From Halarcobacter sp. (GTDB taxonomy: Bacteria; Campylobacterota; Campylobacteria; Campylobacterales; Arcobacteraceae), in the NCBI GenBank assembly GCA_048571215.1, contig CP182352.1, forward strand, positions 1,472,001 through 1,536,000: a DNA stretch of 64,000 bases. Reading direction: 5' to 3'. Shown piece after piece: positions 40,401 to 49,418 of this stretch. A program made the translations under genes and the position numbers. How positions within the stretch are numbered: position 1 is the first letter of the stretch; every line of letters begins with the position of its first letter. A model generated the notes under the pieces. That model ran no database searches and was not told where the DNA came from. It was given only the letters and a program-made list of their open reading frames with translations.

Positions 40401-43400
40401 ATTTATATTTGCAGTTGTATTCGCATCATAATTGTCAGTTGTAATCCCTTTAATACCAATTATTGATTTACCTCCACTATATGTTCTTACAGTTGGTGTA
40501 ATAATTCCATCAATATACATATTTAAATACCATACATCAATATCACCATTATATGCATCTAATTCATAATTAGTTGCTAAAGGTACACCAAAAGTATTGT
40601 GTTGATAAATACTTCCATAATCATTTGTCACTTTAAGCAATCCACCAGCGACTGAAATATCACCAAAGTGTACATCAGAATATCCATGATTTTCTACGAT
40701 AAAAGATGGTTTTATATTATCTACTATTGAATTATTAATAGTATAACTTGGCTGACTATTATCAATTGTTGTTATATCTACAGTAGGTTGGTTTGTACTT
40801 ACATCTAAATTAAAATTATCAATAGCTAAATTATAATCAGAATTATTAACAATCTTAACCTCTGGATATAAATTTCCCATAAAATTAACTGGCGAACCAA
40901 TTGTTATATTTTGAGCTTTTAAAATTGGAGCATTAATTGTAAATATATTACTACCCTCATAATTTAAACCTGATAATCTAATATATCCACTACTATCAGG
41001 TATATATGAGGCTTGAGTAGATTGACCATTTGTATCAAATATGATTGTTTTTGGAGTTGTTAGTAGATTTATTGCACCATTTAAACTAATAAATTCATTA
41101 TCGGTATATGGATTATAATCACCATTATAATACCCTATACATACACCATTTAAACAATTTTTTTCATTTTCATTACTTTGTAGAGTTGAAGATACATTAG
41201 TTTTATCATTATTAACATTAATACTTCTTCCAGAAATAGTTGAAGAATTACTCGTCATAATATACTGGGTATCTTTTACATGATTTACACCAAAACTCCA
41301 GCTACCATCAACTACTACCATAGTTCCTCCAACATTTGCTTTACTAACTGCTCTTTCAGAATTGATTAGTGTAGTCATGTTAAGATTGTTTTCAGCTGTT
41401 AATTCAGTATTATCAGCATATACAGTATTATAAATTTTAGATATTAAATATGATTCAGCAGTTCGTGGTCCCCCTGCACTGTTCATATAGCTATAATTAT
41501 TAGAATATAAATCAATATAATTAATAAGTGACTTTGTATTAATGTTTAATGCATCTATTTTTGCACCGTAAAGATAAATATTATTATCCATATTCGCAGA
41601 AAGCTCAGTTTTTACTTTATTACTTCCCACTACTGATAAATCTACATTTGAACTATTGTCTGCATTTACTTTAAACTGACCTGATATTGATAATATATTT
41701 ACATCTCCATTTAATGCTTTTAATTCAAGTGTAGGTGTAGTTGAATCGTCAGTTAGGATAATATTTGAAAGATCTGTTACATCAATATTTGTAGTATATG
41801 TTGGAAATGCAGCTAGTGCTATAGTAACGTCACCATCCTCTACAGTATTAATTGAAAGAACTCTATTTGTTCTTATATCAATGTTACCACTATTTGAAGT
41901 TAATTTTGAACCATTACCAATCCTATTTACTAAAGTTCCATTAACCACTTCATTAATATTAACTATTCCTCCTGCAGCAACTCCTATTAGTGCCCCATTT
42001 GCAGTTAGTGCATGTGCAATATCATTTTCTGATTTTATATTTAAATCTTTTTCAGTAGTTATTATTGAATTTTTACCTACTTTTGTATTATTGTCATAAT
42101 TTAAATTATTATCAATATATGAACCTCCTAATCCTATAGCACCACCAGCTGCTACTTGTGTATCAACGACAGAATAAGATCTAAAAAAAGAATTTAAATC
42201 TAACTTATTAGCTTGAATAATTGTATCATCATCAATAGATGCAGTTGTAGTAAAGTTTAAATTAGAAACAGATACACTTCCACCTGCACCAATTAAAGCA
42301 CCACCTGCCGTTCCACCAACTTTTGTATAATTTCTTGCTATATTATTAGCTAACACTTTTACATTACCATTGTTTGCATAAACGTTTGCATTTTTTTCAA
42401 TTGTTGCTGAAACTTTTTGAGTAGGTGTAGTTGTACTAAAAGCATCATCTACTGATAAACTGTTAGTTTTATTATCAAGAGCAGTTTGAGTAATAGTTGA
42501 ATGACCATGAGAACCTAGATTATTCCCAACAGATGAAGAAGTAAGATTATTATTAGCCTGTGATAATACAGTTTCTCCACTATTTGAAGGACTCATTGCA
42601 CTTTGTGCATTTGAAGATAATGCAGAATTAATATTTAGTATAGATACAGCACCTGCAACTCCACCTATAAAACCTCCCGAATAAGCACTAATTTGATTAC
42701 TAATAAACTTATCAGAATCAGCTGATACAGTTACACCTTTTTTAGCATAAACTTCACTATTTTCTCCAAGTGTTGCTTCAACATTATTTTTAATTGTATT
42801 TAGCTCTATTGATGCACCTACACCTGCACCAGCACCAAAAGCTGCTGTACCTATATTATCAGTAATAGAAATAGCACTTTTACTATCAATCAAAAATGTA
42901 GAATTGTCACTGTTACTAGATTTATTTACAGTCATTGTTTCAGTGCTATCATTTGTAGTATCTAACAAAGTATATGCTTTTGAATCTATATCTAAATAGT
43001 TTACTACTACAGTTCCTGCAAGACCTGCATATAAACCTAATGCACCTGTCATTCCTGTTTGGTCTAAAGTTGTATTAGTATTAGATTTGATTGACATATC
43101 TCTTTTTGCTTTCAAATCACTATTTTTTACATATGCACTATTTTTATTTGTAATTGTGTTTACTAAAACTGTACCCCCTGCTCCAACAGAACCAGCAGCA
43201 GCGGTACCTAACCATTGTACAATATTTGCAGTTTCATTTGCATCTACTATCAAATCTTTATCACTAACTACATTAGAGTTATCTATATATGCTTTATTTT
43301 TATTATTTATATATGTAACTTGTACATTACCAGCTACACCTGCAGTAAGACCCGCTGCACCTGCTACAATATTATTTTCAATATTTTCATTAGCTATACT

Positions 43401-46400
43401 TTTAACAGAAGTTGAACCATTTTGAGAGGCTAAACTACTATCTTTTATGTATGCTTCTTTTGTATTTTCTATTAATGTTCTATTTGCTGATGCACCCGCA
43501 GCACCACCAAGACTTAAACCAACTGCTCCTGCATTTGTAGTAAGAGTATCTGTATTTACTGTTTTTACATTTACATTACTTGTATCTGATGAAGATAAAC
43601 CTTGATTGATAGAACTTGAATCAATATAACTTTTTAAGCTATTATCTAAATTATTTACTGCTATACTTGCAGCAATAGCACCTGTACCTGCAGCTGCTAA
43701 ATTTAAAGAACCTATATCAATATCATTTGTATTTGTCGCACTAACATCAATGCCACCATTTCCTATATATGCTTTTGCATCTACATCACTACCTTTTATG
43801 TAAGATTCTATTATTTCATCGATAGTATTAACTGCAACTGTACCACTAGCTGCAGCAGTCCCTGCAATAGTTAAGGTTATTGATAATGAACTTAAAGTAT
43901 TGTCACTATTTGCACTAATAGATAATGGGGAATTTGATATAAAGCTAGCACTATTATTAATATAAGATTTTGTTTCATCAACAAGCCTATTAATTAAAAC
44001 TGCTCCTGAAACAGCAACAGTTCCTGCACCTGCACCACTAACTGATAAAGATGTAAATCTTTTTGTATTTTGTGCATCTATTATTGATGTACCAGATGCA
44101 TTTACATCTATATTTTTTACTATTGCTAATACTTTAGTATCTGAATCATTTTCTAAATAAGCACCACCAATTGCTCCTGTTCCAGATGCAGCTAAGCTAC
44201 CAGACTTTGTATCTATAGTATTTTCTTGATTAGTTTTAACTTCAAGGTTATTTGTATTTATTTTAAGATTACTATTACCATTTTGGATAAAAGCTTGTGT
44301 TGTTCCTTGAAAATAGTTTTTATTTATATTCACAGCAGCTGAAACTTTTCCAGAAAATCCTGCTCCTATGGCAAAACTTTCTAAATTATTTTTATTAGTT
44401 GCATTTACTTTTAAATTGCCATTACCATTTAAATACTTGGTATTAATATCACTCCCTGAAATATAAGCTTCTACAAAAGCATAATCTGATGATGTATCAT
44501 TTGTACCAATATTATTTTGTAAGTAAGATAATCCTACTCCAGCTGTTTTACTTGCAGATATAGCACCAGCATATGTTTTTATAGTATTATCACTAGTAGC
44601 AGTAACCTCCATATTTCCAAATGTATTAATATCACTATTTACAACATATGATTTTGCAGTTCCTTGAATATTATTTATTCCTAGATTTCCAGATATTGCC
44701 ACTTCACCACCAACTGCCCCTGCTGTGATAACTTCAAAAATATCTCTTTTATTTAATGAGTCAATTATTAATAAATCTGCAATATCTAAATTTGTATTAT
44801 CAACATATGATTTAACATTGTTTTTTAGATAGTTTGATACAACAGAAGCACCAACACCTGCTCCACCAGAACCTAAAGTTATCCCTCCACTACCAACAAT
44901 AACATCTATATCTGATGCTTCATTAGATTTTATTCTTACACTTCCAGCACTTAACCTTGAATTATTTGAATCTGTTCCAGATATATATGATTTAACATCA
45001 CTTTCAATACTGTTCAATACTATTGTAATAGCAGCAGACATACCACCTTTTGCAGCAGATACTGCAGCAGCTATTGTTTGAATTGTTGGATTTGAATTTG
45101 CAATAATTCTAGCAGCAGAACTAATATTAATTTTAGAATCCTTTACACTACTTTCAATAGTATTAACTATATGGTTCTTTACAAAAGATGCACCTATCCC
45201 TGAACCTTTAGTTGCAGAAAGTGCCCCAGCAATTATTCCTATATATGAAGTATCATCACTCTTTATATCTAAAGTATAAGATGTAATATCAGAATTTGAA
45301 TCAATTGAAGAAATCACACTACTATCAATATCACTCCATGCTACTGAACCTGCAATACTTAGTCCAGAGCTTCTCGATGCACTACCACTTGCAGCTATTG
45401 CTTTTATTGTGTTTGTATTAGTACTTGATAAAGATGTCATATTTACTTTAACTGTAGAATTACTTATCTTAGATGAAGTTGTACTATCAATGAGATTTTT
45501 ACTAAATGCTCCAGCAAAACCTAAAGATGACTTATTTGAGAGATTCAATGCAGCTGAACCTGAAAGAGCAGATATAGTTGTATTATTCTTCGACAACATA
45601 CTTAATTCTGTATTTAAATTTGTAAAATTACTATTACTAATTTCAGTTTTTGCACTATCTGTTATTGTATTTAAAGCAGCATCACCTGAAACACCAATAC
45701 CAAAACTTCCTGCACTTTTTGATGAGGCTACATCTTCTGGTTTACTTGTAGTAGTTGAAGCAGTTTCTACAGCATTAGATGCTGGACTATCTGTACCACT
45801 TACAGTTCCAGCAACAGATATATCTAATATCTCTCCAATATTAGAAGCAAATATATCACTTTTTGCACCATGTAAAATTATATTACTTCTTTTATTTACA
45901 ATATTATTTGTATTTACATCAGCTACTATACCAGCAAAAGTATCTCTTGAAATATTATTTATTGAAGCTGAAAGACCTATACCAGATCCACCTGATAATA
46001 CAGCTGAGCCTGTTACATTATAAGTTTTTGTATCATCTATTGCATTTATTAGTAAGTTTCTTTCTGTAGTATCAATTATATCCTTATTAGTTCCACTAAA
46101 AACTTCTACATCACTTCCAATAATTTTAGCTTGTGTAGTATTATTGTTTGTCAAAAATGAAAAACTTCCTGATATTCCTAACTCTTTAGTATTTGCACCA
46201 GATGCTGCTATAGATATATTTCTTTGAATATTTTTTGCTACTACAGATAAAGCATCAGCATTTAAAGTTGTATTCTTTTCAATAATAGCTTCAACATCAT
46301 TTGTATAATTAACTGCTAATAAAGCTCCACCAAAACCTTTATCTGCACTCGCTCCTAATAATTTCAATCCAACTATTCCTGATGTATTTAACATCTGTTG

Positions 46401-49400
46401 AATATTGTTTTCAGCTTTTATATTAACATTTTGAACCCCAGTTGTTGAAGCACTTAAATTTTCATTTACTTTTGCACCCTCTTCTATTCTTGCCTTTACA
46501 ATATTTCCCATAGTAAAAAAGTTTACTGAACCAGAGATAGATACTTCTTGAGCTCCACCATTTGATTGAGCCCAAGTTGTTGCAAGTTTTTTTTGTACAC
46601 CAAAATTAGTATTTATACTTTTATTAAATGAACTTAAAAACTCAGCTAAAGAATTAAAATTTAAATATGCAGAATCATATTTCATCTCATTTAAAGCAGT
46701 AATATCAATATTTCCATTACTATTAACAATACTATTTTTTCCAATTGATGCATCTACAATATTATCAATTTCAGTTATCATAACTGCACCACCAATTGAA
46801 TAATCATATGATACTGGTTTTCCATCTTTGCCAACACCATTATCTATTGTTGAGATAGCTGAACTTTTTATTCCCTTTTTCCCAGTCGTATTATTTGCAA
46901 AAAAATTATTCTGAGCATTTATAGTTATATCACTAGCTATATCAACTTTATTATTATCAGATTCCAAAGTTGTTGATTTATCAGATATTTTTGCAGTTAC
47001 AGTTGATTTATGTCTTGAATAACCAACAGCTGCACTTGCTCCCAAATTTGTACTAGAGCCCACATCAATGCTATTTTGTTTCGTATCCAAATAATTTGTT
47101 GCAACTGCTTTTATCGCAAAATCAATTTGCCCTTTACCACTTGTATCAAATTGTTTCATTAAATCTTTTACTCTTGACACTTGTTCTGCTGAAACAAAAT
47201 CAGGTAAAGAAGTAGAACCTACTCCAGATTTTGCAATTGTTTCAAGAAGTTCATTATTTGCTTGTGCATTTACTGAGAGATTATTTGATTTAAGTTTTCC
47301 ACCTGCAATAGCTTGAGTTTCTAAATTTGACTGATTTAATGCCAAGGCTGCACTTAATTGACCATTTTTATCAGCAGTTCCAGTTGCTGATGATTTTATA
47401 TTTCTTGTACTTTTTGCATCAATATTTATTGCTTGATTACTTTTTAATTCAGCACCATTATTTACTATTGCATTTGATTTAATATCACTTGTAATATAAG
47501 AGATAACCATATTTGGTGTACTAAGTCCTACAGTTTGGCCCGTTTTAGAGCTTACATCTGATAAATTTTTCAAATATGCATCACTTGTAATTGTCATATC
47601 TTGATTACTGTTAATTGTAACTCCATCATTTATTGTTGTTTCGGCATGACTTATACCATCACTAGCTCCAATAGCAAAACCAAAAAATATCTTAGAAAAA
47701 TCAATACTAGTTGAAGAAATACTCTCTAAAGTAATATTATTACCTTCAAGAATTGAACCATTATTTATTTCTATAGAAGCATCATTATTTGCATATGCAT
47801 AAGTAACAGGTGTTAATGAGTTAAGTATGGTATCTCCAATATTTAAAGCTGTATTCGTAAATTTATTTTCTGTATCTATATCAAACACTCCTGAAGATGT
47901 AGCAGAAGATGTGATTGTAATATTTCCTGTCGTATTATCTTTTTGGGCTTGATTATAACTTTTTATTGTTGCATTATTTATTGTGATATTTGCTATGTTT
48001 GTAATAGGTAAAACACTACTATTATTAATTATTGCTTCAAGTAAAATATCCCCTGAAGCATATCCATTATCAGCATAACTTAAAATTTTTGCGTTTGTTC
48101 CTATACTGATTTTTGGTGCACGCAATATAATATTCCCAGAATCTCCTATTGAACTTGCAGTTTCAGCGGTAGTTGGATCTGAACTACCTGTATTTCTTGA
48201 TGAGATAATTACTCCATCACCGACAGTTAAAGTTTCTGTAGCTTCTTGTAATATTTGTGTTCCATTTGAAAAAACATTTGCCAATAGTGAGATATTTTTG
48301 GGATCAATATAAAAAAGTCCATTTTCTCCGTTATAAGCATTTAGAGTAATATTACCACCGTTTAATATAACATCATTTTTAGCACTAAGTTCAGCAAATC
48401 CACCATTACCCTTTAAAAGTCCACCTGTTGCCATAAAAATTACATTTTTATCAGAGTATGCCAGATTTTCTGCAAAAATGTCTATATTTCCACCATCTCC
48501 GATATTGGCTGCATTTGTTTGAAGTTTAGAGTTACCTAGTAAAAATATATTATTTGCTGCTTTTATCTCAATATCACCTGCATTTTGACTTAATGTAGCG
48601 TTTGTATTTATCTCTCCCGTATTAAGTACTGTTCCATTTAATCCAGTAATTTTAACACTATCACCTTCATCTTTCACTGTTACTAGTTCATCTATTTTAT
48701 CTGTATTTATAATATTATCAATAACATTATTAGCTTGTTGTTTTGACATTATTATTGGTTCATCACTATTTGAAACCTCTTTATACTCATATTGTATTAA
48801 ACCTTGTGGATCAAATTGTATAGTAAACTTTTCTGTTGCACCCAATGATACTTTCCCAGCTTTTGCAATAATCTTTCCTTCATTGCTTACCATTGGCGAA
48901 CTTAATACAACAAAGCCTTGAGGAGAAACTTCAATAGTACCTTTATTTACTATTGTTCCTAAATTTACATCAGTTTGATCAAAAATATAATTTTCATTTA
49001 AAAAATCTTCATTTGAGATATCTAAAGTTGTAGCTAAAAAGCTATTTGCATTAATAGATGAGTTTTCTCCAAAAAATATACCTGCAGGATTTACTAAAAA
49101 AACCCTACCATTTGCTTGCAGTTTACCCAAAATTGAAGATGGATTATTTTGTATAACCCTATTTAATACTACCGAATTTGAGTTTGGTTGTATAAACTTA
49201 ACTAACTCATTTACTCCAATATTAAAGGTGTTATAATTAATAATAGCATTATTTGAAGCAGCTATATTCATATTATTTTGTGTTTGTGAAATAGATACAT
49301 TACCAGCAACAGTATTTGCTCCTGTTGGTAATGCACTTAAATTAACTGGTAACAATATCAACTGAACAGATACTGCACTTACTGAAATCTTTTGAAGAAA

Positions 49401-49418
49401 ATTATTTTTTATAAACAT
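34488..49418 (-). CDS. Giant two-partner-secretion exoprotein (TpsA; filamentous haemagglutinin / LktA-like adhesin), about 4976 aa
   Basis: Signal peptide, TPS domain (NPSSILG, VFLVNPAGI), beta-helix-like repeats, long Gly/Ala/Ser-rich region. ATG at 49418 overlaps the TpsB stop (TAATG), preferred to the track start at 49424. Confidence 0.9.
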   Translation of the reverse strand: MFIKNNFLQKISVSAVSVQLILLPVNLSALPTGANTVAGNVSISQTQNNMNIAASNNAIINYNTFNIGVNELVKFIQPNSNSVVLNRVIQNNPSSILGKLQANGRVFLVNPAGIFFGENSSINANSFLATTLDISNEDFLNENYIFDQTDVNLGTIVNKGTIEVSPQGFVVLSSPMVSNEGKIIAKAGKVSLGATEKFTIQFDPQGLIQYEYKEVSNSDEPIIMSKQQANNVIDNIINTDKIDELVTVKDEGDSVKITGLNGTVLNTGEINTNATLSQNAGDIEIKAANNIFLLGNSKLQTNAANIGDGGNIDIFAENLAYSDKNVIFMATGGLLKGNGGFAELSAKNDVILNGGNITLNAYNGENGLFYIDPKNISLLANVFSNGTQILQEATETLTVGDGVIISSRNTGSSDPTTAETASSIGDSGNIILRAPKISIGTNAKILSYADNGYASGDILLEAIINNSSVLPITNIANITINNATIKSYNQAQKDNTTGNITITSSATSSGVFDIDTENKFTNTALNIGDTILNSLTPVTYAYANNDASIEINNGSILEGNNITLESISSTSIDFSKIFFGFAIGASDGISHAETTINDGVTINSNQDMTITSDAYLKNLSDVSSKTGQTVGLSTPNMVISYITSDIKSNAIVNNGAELKSNQAINIDAKSTRNIKSSATGTADKNGQLSAALALNQSNLETQAIAGGKLKSNNLSVNAQANNELLETIAKSGVGSTSLPDFVSAEQVSRVKDLMKQFDTSGKGQIDFAIKAVATNYLDTKQNSIDVGSSTNLGASAAVGYSRHKSTVTAKISDKSTTLESDNNKVDIASDITINAQNNFFANNTTGKKGIKSSAISTIDNGVGKDGKPVSYDYSIGGAVMITEIDNIVDASIGKNSIVNSNGNIDITALNEMKYDSAYLNFNSLAEFLSSFNKSINTNFGVQKKLATTWAQSNGGAQEVSISGSVNFFTMGNIVKARIEEGAKVNENLSASTTGVQNVNIKAENNIQQMLNTSGIVGLKLLGASADKGFGGALLAVNYTNDVEAIIEKNTTLNADALSVVAKNIQRNISIAASGANTKELGISGSFSFLTNNNTTQAKIIGSDVEVFSGTNKDIIDTTERNLLINAIDDTKTYNVTGSAVLSGGSGIGLSASINNISRDTFAGIVADVNTNNIVNKRSNIILHGAKSDIFASNIGEILDISVAGTVSGTDSPASNAVETASTTTSKPEDVASSKSAGSFGIGVSGDAALNTITDSAKTEISNSNFTNLNTELSMLSKNNTTISALSGSAALNLSNKSSLGFAGAFSKNLIDSTTSSKISNSTVKVNMTSLSSTNTNTIKAIAASGSASRSSGLSIAGSVAWSDIDSSVISSIDSNSDITSYTLDIKSDDTSYIGIIAGALSATKGSGIGASFVKNHIVNTIESSVKDSKINISSAARIIANSNPTIQTIAAAVSAAKGGMSAAITIVLNSIESDVKSYISGTDSNNSRLSAGSVRIKSNEASDIDVIVGSGGITLGSGGAGVGASVVSNYLKNNVKSYVDNTNLDIADLLIIDSLNKRDIFEVITAGAVGGEVAISGNLGINNIQGTAKSYVVNSDINTFGNMEVTATSDNTIKTYAGAISASKTAGVGLSYLQNNIGTNDTSSDYAFVEAYISGSDINTKYLNGNGNLKVNATNKNNLESFAIGAGFSGKVSAAVNINKNYFQGTTQAFIQNGNSNLKINTNNLEVKTNQENTIDTKSGSLAASGTGAIGGAYLENDSDTKVLAIVKNIDVNASGTSIIDAQNTKRFTSLSVSGAGAGTVAVSGAVLINRLVDETKSYINNSASFISNSPLSISANSDNTLSSLSITLTIAGTAAASGTVAVNTIDEIIESYIKGSDVDAKAYIGNGGIDVSATNTNDIDIGSLNLAAAGTGAIAASIAVNNLDNSLKSYIDSSSINQGLSSSDTSNVNVKTVNTDTLTTNAGAVGLSLGGAAGASANRTLIENTKEAYIKDSSLASQNGSTSVKSIANENIENNIVAGAAGLTAGVAGNVQVTYINNKNKAYIDNSNVVSDKDLIVDANETANIVQWLGTAAAGSVGAGGTVLVNTITNKNSAYVKNSDLKAKRDMSIKSNTNTTLDQTGMTGALGLYAGLAGTVVVNYLDIDSKAYTLLDTTNDSTETMTVNKSSNSDNSTFLIDSKSAISITDNIGTAAFGAGAGVGASIELNTIKNNVEATLGENSEVYAKKGVTVSADSDKFISNQISAYSGGFIGGVAGAVSILNINSALSSNAQSAMSPSNSGETVLSQANNNLTSSSVGNNLGSHGHSTITQTALDNKTNSLSVDDAFSTTTPTQKVSATIEKNANVYANNGNVKVLANNIARNYTKVGGTAGGALIGAGGSVSVSNLNFTTTASIDDDTIIQANKLDLNSFFRSYSVVDTQVAAGGAIGLGGSYIDNNLNYDNNTKVGKNSIITTEKDLNIKSENDIAHALTANGALIGVAAGGIVNINEVVNGTLVNRIGNGSKLTSNSGNIDIRTNRVLSINTVEDGDVTIALAAFPTYTTNIDVTDLSNIILTDDSTTPTLELKALNGDVNILSISGQFKVNADNSSNVDLSVVGSNKVKTELSANMDNNIYLYGAKIDALNINTKSLINYIDLYSNNYSYMNSAGGPRTAESYLISKIYNTVYADNTELTAENNLNMTTLINSERAVSKANVGGTMVVVDGSWSFGVNHVKDTQYIMTSNSSTISGRSINVNNDKTNVSSTLQSNENEKNCLNGVCIGYYNGDYNPYTDNEFISLNGAINLLTTPKTIIFDTNGQSTQASYIPDSSGYIRLSGLNYEGSNIFTINAPILKAQNITIGSPVNFMGNLYPEVKIVNNSDYNLAIDNFNLDVSTNQPTVDITTIDNSQPSYTINNSIVDNIKPSFIVENHGYSDVHFGDISVAGGLLKVTNDYGSIYQHNTFGVPLATNYELDAYNGDIDVWYLNMYIDGIITPTVRTYSGGKSIIGIKGITTDNYDANTTANINILSMESKEDLFLDMYDTRKYTVFDAQGNYIGVGNIPTRNSIKNLSAFGDIDISVDNKIDVYFDNATITSGAQAKYIQLSENTLAGNSYVESATADKIQLKDISTSGGHFSISFDDGSLLGSGTISLFDGTPTIDIQNNTLRDLSLGSITNSKNNASFTLDGQDIDLLNGYLTGNQNIEFNKLGQNNGIINITNTQNVKTNLTKNIDNGNGTLNILSTAGIESNGSMIKSGNINLIASNGNIGSNSGGSIVIDATKDISAIGKDIYLSEYSFSNPVGFSISSIIGDNVSLQASSIDATNLSAQNLLVRSTNDFTANINSKNVDASSSLGSISLNNSAKSSQNTLYSKNDMTYIGKDFVQSNNIKSGSGSISLTVDNAVLKTVDAKEKLYIQANGTISQTGDITAKDVVLKANEMIQTNSIIDASNSTELVSTNGNIGSSSNYFKVNANIFSAKATNGSSYLDNNALSSQVDLTAVNDIKYVGKELVNATMEATNGSIDINVDNASIKSMKAKDRLVIQSNGTILQTGDIIAKDVVLKAVNDITQINSVTNGSNSLELVSSNADIGTSSNYFKANSARIKAQAKNRAYLESDLGLNLNGVKAQDVNLKALTIDAKEVNSTNLNMEAGLDIVANVNASNVVATSQGSIDITNNQASSTNNLQAENNINLKVKDFNQNEDSISSTNGSIYLTTDRAVLNSNSLLGDFVVRASSDIEQNGDISARNIDFESYYGIVQNSGVLKAGDTVSLYAVNGDIIARVDTPKLIANSKINLDINNNALSSQVDLTAVNDIKYVGKELVNATMEATNGSIDINVDNASIKSMKAKDRLVIQSNGTILQTGDIIAKDVVLKAVNDITQINSVTNGSNSLELVSSNADIGTSSNYFKANSARIKAQAKNRAYLESDLGLNLNGVKAQDVNLKALTIDAKEVNSTNLNMEAGLDIVANVNASNVVATSQGSIDITNNQASSTNNLQAVNDIKYVGKELVNATMEATNGSIDINVDNASIKSMKAKDRLVIQSNGTILQTGDIIAKDVVLKAVNDITQINSVTNGSNSLELVSSNADIGTSSNYFKANSARIKAQAKNRAYLESDLGLNLNGVKAQDVNLKALTIDAKEVNSTNLNMEAGLDIVANVNASNVVATSQGSIDITNNQASSTNNLQAENNINLKVKDFNQNEDSISSTNGSIYLTTDRAVLNSNSLLGDFVVRASSDIEQNGDISARNIDFESYYGIVQNSGVLKAGDTVSLYAVNGDIIARVDTPKLIANSKINLDINNNALSSQVDLTAVNDIKYVGKELVNATMEATNGSIDINVDNASIKSMKAKDRLVIQSNGTILQTGDIIAKDVVLKAVNDITQINSVTNGSNSLELVSSNADIGTSSNYFKANSARIKAQAKNRAYLESDLGLNLNGVKAQDVNLKALTIDAKEVNSTNLNMEAGLDIVANVNASNVVATSQGSIDITNNQASSTNNLQAVNDIKYVGKELVNATMEATNGSIDINVDNASIKSMKAKDRLVIQSNGTILQTGDIIAKDVVLKAVNDITQINSVTNGSNSLELVSSNADIGTSSNYFKANSARIKAQAKNRAYLESDLGLNLNGVKAQDVNLKALTIDAKEVNSTNLNMEAGLDIVANVNASNVVATSQGSIDITNNQASSTNNLQAENNINLKVKDFNQNEDSISSTNGSIYLTTDRAVLNSNSLLGDFVVRASSDIEQNGDISARNIDFESYYGIVQNSGVLKAGDTVSLSTLSGDINAIVNSFKLIAKTKDSVNITNLASISNFNIDAQKNITINSLGKLTQESKMSADNVKIVASDDLVINSINAVNNIDLESLNGNILKVEDYSGANLSSSTGDISLVALTGSIGSSSQQIDVSLKEGFLTTKASNGIYITGININNLKKDTSTNIKSVIGTTTTTINNPIATSPQTLPLTTPTQQPVLFVTPSGTSNNTPRKNTDSGVNQEIKKQEDKKKKKISI
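35177..39019 (-). repeat. Higher-order tandem array in TpsA: A(561 bp)-B(372 bp)-A-A-B-A-A-B(partial)
   Basis: Identical shadow ORFs at 35711, 36272, 37205, 37766, 38699 (spacing 561/933/561/933); 1494-bp super-period. Confidence 0.92.

Noticed and set aside
34488..49418. CdiA / contact-dependent inhibition toxin
   Set aside because: No VENN or HINT motif, no C-terminal toxin-like domain, no downstream immunity gene.
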